Shown piece by piece: positions 1 through 7,635 of a stretch of 11,412 nucleotides of DNA (the first letter of the stretch is position 1; each line of letters begins with the position of its first letter). Source of the DNA: a virus (Duplodnaviria > Heunggongvirae > Uroviricota > Caudoviricetes); the IMG/VR virus record IMGVR_UViG_2734482594_000005, one strand, 5' to 3'. A model generated the notes under the pieces. The model saw nothing but the letters and a program-made list of their open reading frames with translations. It ran no database searches and was not told the origin of the DNA. A program made the translations under genes and the position numbers.

Positions 1-567
1 CCAGACACAGCGTTGTATCGGGACTGGCTCGCCTATGCAGGAGCAAATATTCCGACTACTTTTACACCGTCCGGTACGGTGACGCTTTCATGGTCTAAAG
101 CCGCGTGGGAAATCTGGAGTAAAACACTGACTGGAGAAACAGTTCCGTTCAGCTTCACGCTTTCGAATGGAGAGGGGGCATACACTTTCAGTTTCCCGAA
201 GGTTCAGGTGTCAGGTGAATGGCCTGATGGGGGTAATAGCGACATTATCCAGGTTCAATTGAGCATTACCGCAGCAGATNNNNNNNNNNNNNNNNNNNNN
301 NNNNNNNNNNNNNNNNNNNNNNNNNNNNNNNNNNNNNNNNNNNNNNNNNNNNNNNNNNNNNNNNNNNNNNNNNNNNNNNNNNNNNNNNNNNNNNNNNNNN
401 NNNNNNNNNNNNNNNNNNNNNNNNNNNNNNNNNNNNNNNNNNNNNNNNNNNNNNNNNNNNNNNNNNNNNNNNNNNNNNNNNNNNNNNNNNNNNNNNNNNN
501 NNNNNNNNNNNNNNNNNNNNNNNNNNNNNNNNNNNNNNNNNNNNNNNNNNNNCCCGTAATGCATTAA
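1..567 (+). CDS. Putative major tail (tube) protein, 5'-truncated by the window edge; the called stop at 565-567 lies just after mask 280-552
   Basis: Frame 1 is open from position 1 (PDTALYRDWLAYAGANIPTTF...IIQVQLSITAAD). The mask is 273 nt (a multiple of 3) and a TAA follows at 565-567. Position immediately upstream of the G/T chaperone pair matches lambdoid synteny. I do not recognise the protein family from sequence alone. Confidence 0.45.
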   Translation, partial: PDTALYRDWLAYAGANIPTTFTPSGTVTLSWSKAAWEIWSKTLTGETVPFSFTLSNGEGAYTFSFPKVQVSGEWPDGGNSDIIQVQLSITAADXXXXXXXXXXXXXXXXXXXXXXXXXXXXXXXXXXXXXXXXXXXXXXXXXXXXXXXXXXXXXXXXXXXXXXXXXXXXXXXXXXXXXXXXXXXPVMH

Positions 568-587
568 TCCGTCGCCACATTGAGAAA

Positions 588-878
588 ATGGATGCCAGTT
601 TGCACGTCGGAACGAAGGAGTTTGATATTTCAAAGGTTTCCGAGGTGGATTCTGTTGATGATTTACTCATTGATAATGCCGCTCGTTATCTGCTGAAAGA
701 CTGGAAAGGGGTTGGTGAACTGGTTAATGGTGTTGAGGTTGCACTGGAATATACGGCAGAACGAGGGATCGCGCTGCTTAAGCAGAATCCAGAGTTGTAC
801 TGGCAGATCCTTGCAGAAGCAGCCAGCATCGCCCAGGGTAAAGAGCAGCAGAAGCAGGATACGATAAAAAAGCCATAG
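588..878 (+). CDS. G: Tail assembly chaperone (gpG-like), 96 aa from the ATG at 588
   Basis: ATG at 588, 21 nt after the upstream stop, with a weak GAGA Shine-Dalgarno. Small acidic protein directly upstream of the tape measure gene, ending in the slippery heptamer at 866-872 and TAG at 876-878. The frame is also open upstream to the mask edge at 555, so the true start could lie inside the mask. Confidence 0.6.
   Translation: MDASLHVGTKEFDISKVSEVDSVDDLLIDNAARYLLKDWKGVGELVNGVEVALEYTAERGIALLKQNPELYWQILAEAASIAQGKEQQKQDTIKKP
866..872 (+). other. Programmed -1 ribosomal frameshift slippery heptamer A AAA AAG (G to G-T fusion)
   Basis: The heptamer aaaaaag sits in X XXY YYZ register relative to the G frame (codons AAA 867-869, AAG 870-872), 4 nt before the G stop. 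The -1 frame is open from 872 onward with no stop before the mask at 1073. Confidence 0.6.
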
Positions 879-1396
879 CTGCCCAGCGGTGGTTATCGGA
901 GTTCGGGGGAGAAAGGGGGGAAAAGGCAAGATGGAAGCGAGAAAAACTCAGGTTGCCACCGATACCGGAACCAGAAATAGACCCGGTGCTTAAGGAGTTG
1001 TTGTACGCCTATTCGGTAATATCCCGTGCCCGACGTTATGCTGGAATGGCTGGGGTGCCTTTGCCTTTATCTNNNNNNNNNNNNNNNNNNNNNNNNNNNN
1101 NNNNNNNNNNNNNNNNNNNNNNNNNNNNNNNNNNNNNNNNNNNNNNNNNNNNNNNNNNNNNNNNNNNNNNNNNNNNNNNNNNNNNNNNNNNNNNNNNNNN
1201 NNNNNNNNNNNNNNNNNNNNNNNNNNNNNNNNNNNNNNNNNNNNNNNNNNNNNNNNNNNNNNNNNNNNNNNNNNNNNNNNNNNNNNNNNNNNNNNNNNNN
1301 NNNNNNNNNNNNNNNNNNNNNNNNNNNNNNNNNNGTGGGTTTTTTGTTGTCAGGAGTTTTAATAAATGGCAGAGCAAACCTCGCGTCTCGCAATAA
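872..1396 (+). CDS. T: Tail assembly protein T-like extension, expressed only as a G-T fusion by -1 frameshifting; the 3' end is uncertain (mask 1073-1334)
   Basis: The -1 frame relative to G is open from 872 to 1072 ([35 protein letters not shown]...) with no ATG-initiated start of its own; the ORF track only finds a TTG at 953. After the mask the same frame stops at 1394-1396, overlapping the H start, but the real stop may be inside the mask. Confidence 0.5.
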
Positions 1397-4300
1397 TTAT
1401 TGATAGCACTGGAGCGAAAAATAATGCTGACAATCTGACCTCCTCATTAGTCAAAATGACGCAGGCTGGGGAAACTGCTGCAAATAGCGCAGGGAAAGTG
1501 ACTAAGGCAACAGAAGATGAGAAGAACGCGCTCGCAAAATTAAAAGCAGCTATTGATCCAGTTGGTGCCGCAATTGATACTGTCGGTCGACGCTATTCTG
1601 AATTAAAGAAATTTTTCGATAAAGGGCTTATTGATAAAGAAGAATATGAATTTCTTGTCCGTAAACTTAATGAAACCACAGAGGAATTGAGCGGGGTTGC
1701 GCAAGCGCAGAGAGAAGCCGAGAAGGCCGGAAAACTTGCTGCCGCCCAGCAGGAAGCGCAGGCTCAGGCCTTTCAAAGAATGCTGGACAAGATCGACCCT
1801 CTGGCTGCGGCGCTAAGAAATCTTGAACAACAGCATGATGAACTTAATGCTGCGTTTGCATCCGGGAAAANNNNNNNNNNNNNNNNNNNNNNNNNNNNNN
1901 NNNNNNNNNNNNNNNNNNNNNNNNNNNNNNNNNNNNNNNNNNNNNNNNNNNNNNNNNNNNNNNNNNNNNNNNNNNNNNNNNNNNNNNNNNNNNNNNNNNN
2001 NNNNNNNNNNNNNNNNNNNNNNNNNNNNNNNNNNNNNNNNNNNNNNNNNNNNNNNNNNNNNNNNNNNNNNNNNNNNNNNNNNNNNNNNNNNNNNNNNNNN
2101 NNNNNNNNNNNNNNNNNNNNNNNNNNNNNNGCTATGCGGAGTGAGCTTGAGGTTACTCAATCACAATTAAGCAAAACCGGAATGTCGGCAAAACAAACGG
2201 CTTTTGCTATGCGCATGTTGCCTGTACAAATGACGGATATTGTTGTTGGGTTGTCCACTGGTCAGTCGCCATTTATGGTGTTAATGCAGCAGGGCGGCCA
2301 GCTAAAAGATATGTTCGGTGGGATTGGCCCGGCGATCAAAGGTGTAGGTTCTTATGTGCTGGGATTAATTAATCCTTTTACCCTGGCCGCAGCAGCCGTT
2401 GGGGTCTTAGGACTGGCTTACTATAAAGGCTCTCAGGAGCAGGACGAATTTAATAAATCTCTTATTCTTACCGGAAATCAGTTGGGGACAACCAGCGGGC
2501 AATTGGNNNNNNNNNNNNNNNNNNNNNNNNNNNNNNNNNNNNNNNNNNNNNNNNNNNNNNNNNNNNNNNNNNNNNNNNNNNNNNNNNNNNNNNNNNNNNN
2601 NNNNNNNNNNNNNNNNNNNNNNNNNNNNNNNNNNNNNNNNNNNNNNNNNNNNNNNNNNNNNNNNNNNNNNNNNNNNNNNNNNNNNNNNNNNNNNNNNNNN
2701 NNNNNNNNNNNNNNNNNNNNNNNNNNNNNNNNNNNNNNNNNNNNNNNNNNNNNNNNNNNNNNNNNNNNNNNNNNNNNNNNNNNNNNNNNNCAGCAGGAGG
2801 CCGCCCGCATTGCGACAGAAGAATACTCATCCTCAATGATCCAGCGCACCAACCAGATTAAAGAAAATCTTGGTTATCTTGAGACTGCATGGAAAGCTGT
2901 NNNNNNNNNNNNNNNNNNNNNNNNNNNNNNNNNNNNNNNNNNNNNNNNNNNNNNNNNNNNNNNNNNNNNNNNNNNNNNNNNNNNNNNNNNNNNNNNNNNN
3001 NNNNNNNNNNNNNNNNNNNNNNNNNNNNNNNNNNNNNNNNNNNNNNNNNNNNNNNNNNNNNNNNNNNNNNNNNNNNNNNNNNNNNNNNNNNNNNNNNNNN
3101 NNNNNNNNNNNNNNNNNNNNNNNNNNNNNNNNNNNNNNNNNNNNNNNNNNNNNNNNNNNNNNTAAACGATTACAACAAGCGACAACAGGAAGGAATTGAA
3201 CTCAGACAGAGAGCAGATGCCTTTTCAAAACAATATCAGACCCGGGAGCAGCAGAGAGCTAGTGAACTTGCAAAACTGGAAAAGCTAAAGAATCAGTATT
3301 CAAAGGAAGAATATAATAATCTTATCGCTCAAATAAATGAGCGTTATAAAGATCCAAAGCAACNNNNNNNNNNNNNNNNNNNNNNNNNNNNNNNNNNNNN
3401 NNNNNNNNNNNNNNNNNNNNNNNNNNNNNNNNNNNNNNNNNNNNNNNNNNNNNNNNNNNNNNNNNNNNNNNNNNNNNNNNNNNNNNNNNNNNNNNNNNNN
3501 NNNNNNNNNNNNNNNNNNNNNNNNNNNNNNNNNNNNNNNNNNNNNNNNNNNNNNNNNNNNNNNNNNNNNNNNNNNNNNNNNNNNNNNNNNNNNNNNNNNN
3601 NNNNNNNNNNNNNNNNNNNNNNNNNNNNNNNTTGCGATTGAAAAAAATAACAGGCTAATCAAGGAATCCGCCGAAATAACAGCATGGCGTGATTCATTGC
3701 AGGCTTCGATTGATAATCGTCAGCAGGGGTATGATATTCAGATTGCTGGTTNNNNNNNNNNNNNNNNNNNNNNNNNNNNNNNNNNNNNNNNNNNNNNNNN
3801 NNNNNNNNNNNNNNNNNNNNNNNNNNNNNNNNNNNNNNNNNNNNNNNNNNNNNNNNNNNNNNNNNNNNNNNNNNNNNNNNNNNNNNNNNNNNNNNNNNNN
3901 NNNNNNNNNNNNNNNNNNNNNNNNNNNNNNNNNNNNNNNNNNNNNNNNNNNNNNNNNNNNNNNNNNNNNNNNNNNNNNNNNNNNNNNNNNNNNNNNNNNN
4001 NNNNNNNNNNNNNNNNNNNNNNNNNNNCAGGGATTCAATAACTGGCTGGATGACACTAAGGATATCAGTGAGCAGATAAAATCAACCACGACTCAGATGT
4101 TTGATGGGATGACCGATGCGCTGGGTGATTTTGTCACGACAGGCAAGGCAAATTTTCGTTCTTTCGCTACTTCCGTGATTTCGGATCTTAGTCGAATAGC
4201 ATTAAAGGCTTCAATTACTGGGATTTTCGACAGCATTAGTAACAGTTCTTCTGGGGGGATTTTAGGAACTATCGGGAGTGCTATTAGTAAATTTATTCCG

Positions 4301-4666
4301 AATGCAAAGGGCGGTGTTTATGAGTCTCCGTCATTGAGCACGTATTCGAACGGTATTTATGATTCCCCGCAATTTTTTGCTTTTGCAAAAGGGGCTGGTG
4401 TTTTTGGTGAGGCTGGACCGGAAGCCATTATGCCATTAACACGAACTTCCGATGGTTCTCTTGGTGTCAGAGCTATTAATAGTAAAAGTGGTAATGGAGG
4501 CGGAGATATTACCTATGCCCCTGTATACCAAATCACTATTCAAAATGACGGCCAGAATGGAGAGATTGGCCCTCAGGCAATAAAAGCACTTATGGGGATG
4601 GTTGATCAGCGGGTGCAGGGCAATCTGTTAAATATGCGACGTGATGGGGGAATGTTAAGTGGCTAA
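1366..4666 (+). CDS. H: Tail tape measure protein (gpH-like), about 1100 aa if continuous; interrupted by five masked blocks, with frame changes across three of them
   Basis: ATG at 1366 with AGGAG at 1352-1356; the N-terminus MAEQ resembles lambda H (MAE...). Conserved TMP blocks are visible, e.g. [35 protein letters not shown] and the C-terminal [16 protein letters not shown]...[10 protein letters not shown], both similar to lambda gpH as I recall it. The coiled-coil-like Q/E/K/A-rich composition is typical. TAA at 4664-4666. Confidence 0.85.
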
Positions 4667-4997
4667 TACGGAAGAATTTCACTGGTTACCAGAGGATGGA
4701 ATGAAAACAGAAAATAAACCATCGATAAAAACTGTAAGATTTGGTGATGGTTATGAGCAACGAAGTCCAAATGGACTTAATCATTCTCTGCGCGTTTTCA
4801 CCTGTGATTTCAAAGTTGAGGCGAATGAACGTGATTCATTTGAAAAATTTTTAGCCCGGCATGAAGGCTATAAATCTTTTTTTTGGCGCCCGCCGGGTAT
4901 TAACAGAAAAATCAGAGTGGTGTGTCGAACGTGGTCAGCGACAGAACATATCACCTATACCGATTTTTCGTGTCAGTTTGACGAAGTGGTGATCTGA
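4659..4997 (+). CDS. M: Minor tail protein M (gpM-like)
   Basis: GTG start at 4659 overlaps the H stop (GTGGCTAA). The protein MANTEEFHW...KTVRFGDGYEQRSPNGLN...YKSFFWRPP...FDEVVI aligns with lambda gpM (MKTFRW...VRFGDGYSQRAPAGLN...WKSFLWTPP...FEQVVN). The stop TGA overlaps the L start as TGATG. Confidence 0.85.
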   Translation: MANTEEFHWLPEDGMKTENKPSIKTVRFGDGYEQRSPNGLNHSLRVFTCDFKVEANERDSFEKFLARHEGYKSFFWRPPGINRKIRVVCRTWSATEHITYTDFSCQFDEVVI

Positions 4998-5695
4998 TGC
5001 AGGACATACAACAGGAAACGCTGAATGAATGCATTCGTGCGGAGCAGTCGGCCAGCGTGGTGCTCTGGGAAATCGACCTGACCGAGGTAGGCGGGGATCG
5101 CTACTTTTTCTGCAATGAGCAGAACGAGAAAGGAGAGTCTGTCACCTGGCAGAGTCGGCAGTATCAGGCCTATCCCATTCAGGGGAGTGGATTTGAGATG
5201 AACGGCAAAGGTGCCAGTGCAAGGCCAACGCTGAAAGTCTCTAATCTGCACGGCATGGTCACCGGGATGGCGGAAGACCTGCAGAGTCTGGTCGGCGGAA
5301 CGGTGGTCAGGCGTAAGGTTTACGCCCGTTTTCTGGATGCGGTGAACTTCGTCAACGGAAACAGTGACGCCGATCCGGAGCAGGAGGTGATCAGCCGCTG
5401 GCGTATTGAGCAGTGCAGCGAACTGAGCGCGGTCAGTGCCTCCTTTGTACTGTCCACGCCGACGGAAACGGACGGCGCTGTTTTTCCGGGGCGCATCATG
5501 CTTGCTAATACCTGCACCTGGACCTATCGCGGTGATGAGTGCGGTTATCACGGTCCGGCTGTCGCGGATGAATATGACCAGCCAACGTCCGATATCACGA
5601 AGGATAAATGCAGCAAATGCCTGAGCGGTTGTAAGTTCCGCAATAACGTCGGCNNNNNNNNNNNNNNNNNNNNNNNNNNNNNNNNNNNNNNNNNN
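4997..5695 (+). CDS. L: Minor tail protein L (gpL-like); 4997-5653 is read directly, the last ~14 codons and stop are inferred inside mask 5654-5951
   Basis: MQDIQQETLNECIRAEQSASVVLWEIDLTEVGGDRYFFCNEQNEKGE... is near-identical to lambda gpL as I recall it, including the C-terminal cysteine-rich CTWTYRGDEC...CSKCLSGC region. The end coordinate is inferred from the 699-nt lambda L length and the 586-nt repeat offset. Confidence 0.75.
5366..5653 (+). repeat. Direct repeat copy 1: 3' half of L (codons 124-219), in frame with the L start
   Basis: 288 nt that reappear 586 nt downstream at 5952-6239 with about 93% identity, compared codon by codon by eye. Confidence 0.85.
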
Positions 5696-5951
5696 NNNNN
5701 NNNNNNNNNNNNNNNNNNNNNNNNNNNNNNNNNNNNNNNNNNNNNNNNNNNNNNNNNNNNNNNNNNNNNNNNNNNNNNNNNNNNNNNNNNNNNNNNNNNN
5801 NNNNNNNNNNNNNNNNNNNNNNNNNNNNNNNNNNNNNNNNNNNNNNNNNNNNNNNNNNNNNNNNNNNNNNNNNNNNNNNNNNNNNNNNNNNNNNNNNNNN
5901 NNNNNNNNNNNNNNNNNNNNNNNNNNNNNNNNNNNNNNNNNNNNNNNNNNN

Positions 5952-6281
5952 GACGCCGATCCGGAGCAGGAGGTGATCAGCCGCTGGCGCATAGAGCAGT
6001 GCAGCGAACTGAGCGCGGTGAGTGCCTCTTTTGTACTGTCCACGCCGACGGAAACAGATGGCGCTGTTTTTCCGGGACGTATCATGCTGGCCAACACCTG
6101 CACCTGGACCTATCGCGGCGATGAGTGCGGTTATAGCGGTCCGGCGGTCGCGGATGAATATGACCAGCCGACGTCCGATATCACGAAGGATAAATGCAGC
6201 AAATGCCTGAGTGGCTGTAAGTTTCGCAATAATGTCGGCAACTTTGGCGGCTTCCTTTCCATTAACAAACTTTCGCAGTAA
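5952..6281 (+). pseudogene. Second diverged copy of the L 3' half (L' fragment, at least codons 124-232 plus stop), out of frame with the upstream L; probable recombination remnant
   Basis: DADPEQEVISRWRIEQCSELSAVSASFVLSTPTETDGAVFPGRIMLANTCTWTYRGDECGYSGPAVADEYDQPTSDITKDKCSKCLSGCKFRNNVGNFGGFLSINKLSQ* read in frame 0. The offset from copy 1 is 586 nt (586 mod 3 = 1). TAA at 6279-6281 is followed 5 nt later by the K start, as the L-K junction is in lambda. Its 5' extent is hidden by the mask. Confidence 0.6.
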
Positions 6282-6286
6282 ATCCC

Positions 6287-7030
6287 ATGACAGAGACAGA
6301 ATCAGCGATTCTGGCGCACGCCCGGCGATGTGCGCCAGCGGAGTCGTGCGGCTTCGTGGTGAGAACACCGGAGGGGGAAAGATATTTTCCCTGCGTGAAT
6401 ATCTCCGGTGAGCAGGAGGAGTATTTCCGGATGTCGCCGGAGGACTGGCTGCGGGCAGAGATGCAGGGTGAGATTGTGGCGCTGGTCCACAGCCACCCCG
6501 GTGGTCTGCCCTGGCTGAGTGAGGCTGACCGGCGGCTGCAGGTGCAGAGTGATTTGCCGTGGTGGCTGGTCTGCCGGGGTGAGATTCATAAATTCCGCTG
6601 TGTGCCGCATCTCACCGGGCGGCGCTTTGAGCACGGGGTGACGGACTGTTACACGCTGTTCCGGGATGCTTACCATCTGGCGGGGATTGAGATGCCGGAT
6701 TTTCATCGTGAGGATGACTGGTGGCGTCACGGTCAGAATCTCTATCTGGATAATCTGGAGGCCACAGGGCTGTATCAGGTGCCGTTGTCAGCGGCGCAGC
6801 CGGGCGATGTGCTGCTGTGCTGTTTTGGTTCATCGGTGCCGAATCATGCCGCTATTTACTGCGGCGACGGCGAGCTGCTGCACCATATTCCTGAACAACT
6901 GAGCAAACGAGAGAGGTATACCGACAAATGGCAGCGACGCACACACTCCCTCTGGCGTCACCGGGCATGGCACGCATCTGCCTTTACGGGGATTTGCAAC
7001 GATTTGGCCGCCGCATCGACCTTCGTGTGA
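6287..7030 (+). CDS. K: Tail tip assembly protein K (gpK-like); MPN/JAMM plus NlpC/P60 two-domain protein
   Basis: MTETESAILAHARRCAPAESCGFVV... carries the JAMM motif HSHPGGLPWLSEAD (H-x-H-x7-S-x2-D) around 6488-6529, and a downstream Cys (TDCYTLF, about 6647) and His consistent with an NlpC/P60 fold. The 744-nt ORF starts 5 nt after an L stop, matching the extended K ORF of lambda. Confidence 0.85.
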   Translation: MTETESAILAHARRCAPAESCGFVVRTPEGERYFPCVNISGEQEEYFRMSPEDWLRAEMQGEIVALVHSHPGGLPWLSEADRRLQVQSDLPWWLVCRGEIHKFRCVPHLTGRRFEHGVTDCYTLFRDAYHLAGIEMPDFHREDDWWRHGQNLYLDNLEATGLYQVPLSAAQPGDVLLCCFGSSVPNHAAIYCGDGELLHHIPEQLSKRERYTDKWQRRTHSLWRHRAWHASAFTGICNDLAAASTFV

Positions 7031-7575
7031 AAACGGGGGCCGAAGCCATCCGGGCGCTGGCCACACAGCTCCCGGCGTTTCGTCAGAAACTGAATGAGGG
7101 CTGGTATCAGGTGCGCATTGCCGGGCGTGATGCAGGCGAAAATGAATTATCTGCCCGTCTTAATGAGCCGCTGGCAAATGGTGCCGTGATCCACATCGTG
7201 CCGCGTCTGGCGGGAGCTAAAAGTGGCGGTGTGTTTCAGGTGGTGCTTGGGGCGGCGCTGATTGCGGTGGCATGGTGGAATCCTGTGAGTTGGCTGGGTG
7301 CCGCGGCTGTATCGGGCATGTATGCGGCAGGGGCCAGTATGATCCTGGGCGGAGTGGCGCAGATGCTGGCACCGAAAGCCAGGACGCCCACGGCAGCCAG
7401 TACAGATAACGGCAAACAGAACACGTATTTCTCCTCACTGGATAACATGGTTGCCCAGGGCAATGTTCTGCCGGTTCTGTACGGGGAAATGCGCGTGGGG
7501 TCACGCGTGGTTTCTCAGGAGATCAGCACGGCAGACGAAGGGGACGGTGGTCAGGTTGTGGTGATTGGTCGCTGA
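6928..7575 (+). CDS. I: Tail tip assembly protein I (gpI-like)
   Basis: MAATHTLPLASPGMARICLYGDLQRFGRRIDLRVKTGAEAIRALATQLP...NGKQNTYFSSLDNMVAQGNVLPVLYGEMRVGSRVVSQEISTADEGDGGQVVVIGR matches lambda gpI as recalled. It overlaps the K 3' end by 103 nt in another frame, which I recall as the same geometry as lambda K/I. Confidence 0.8.
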   Translation: MAATHTLPLASPGMARICLYGDLQRFGRRIDLRVKTGAEAIRALATQLPAFRQKLNEGWYQVRIAGRDAGENELSARLNEPLANGAVIHIVPRLAGAKSGGVFQVVLGAALIAVAWWNPVSWLGAAAVSGMYAAGASMILGGVAQMLAPKARTPTAASTDNGKQNTYFSSLDNMVAQGNVLPVLYGEMRVGSRVVSQEISTADEGDGGQVVVIGR

Positions 7576-7593
7576 TGCAAAATGTTTTATGTG

Positions 7594-7620
7594 AAACCGC
7601 CTGCGGGCGGTTTTGTCGTT
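7594..7620 (+). terminator. Hairpin plus U-rich tract between I and J (weak terminator or attenuator candidate)
   Basis: aaaccgcc-tgcg-ggcggttt forms a perfect 8-bp stem (GC core ccgcc/ggcgg) with a 4-nt loop, followed by tgtcgttt. It lies 19 nt after the I stop and 16 nt before the J start. Confidence 0.3.
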
Positions 7621-7635
7621 TATGGAGCGTGAGGA

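Noticed and set aside
211-670. Minus-strand ORFs 211-633 and 266-670
   Set aside because: Most of their length is masked N, and they are antisense to the tail tube gene and the G start region. There is no supporting signal.
953-1396. Independent TTG-initiated ORF (147 aa) between G and H
   Set aside because: Better explained as the -1 frameshift extension of G (the T portion of G-T): the frame is already open from the slippery site at 872, and TTG at 953 has no convincing ribosome-binding site.
2889-4666. Three separate plus-strand ORFs (2889-3641, 3337-4041, 3689-4666) as distinct genes
   Set aside because: Each visible part resembles tape measure protein sequence and they abut in order. 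They are best read as pieces of one H gene whose frame continuity is obscured by masking.
280-5951. Eight N runs of about 260-300 nt considered as repeats, CRISPR-like arrays or assembly gaps
   Set aside because: They are masked or unknown sequence, not biological repeats. Nothing can be inferred from them, and no CRISPR, tRNA or IS signatures are visible anywhere in the readable sequence.
5436-6210. Two similar 62-aa plus-strand ORFs in an alternative frame inside L and L' (5436-5624 and 6022-6210)
   Set aside because: The nucleotide differences between the repeat copies are synonymous in the L frame but cause many replacements in this frame (P/L, R/Q, T/M, G/D, L/W and others). Selection therefore acts on the L frame, not on these ORFs.
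4973-6368. Long minus-strand ORFs (4973-6103, 5595-6368, 5320-5517) antisense to L, L' and K
   Set aside because: They span a masked block (Ns translated as X, so stops are hidden) and mirror the L and L' coding frames. Their apparent duplication is a by-product of the L repeat.
6302-7504. Minus-strand and alternate-frame ORFs inside K and I (6302-6730, 6612-6833, 6666-6902, 6830-7066, 7217-7504, 7236-7463)
   Set aside because: They overlap well-supported K and I coding sequence and have Pro/Arg-rich shadow-ORF composition.
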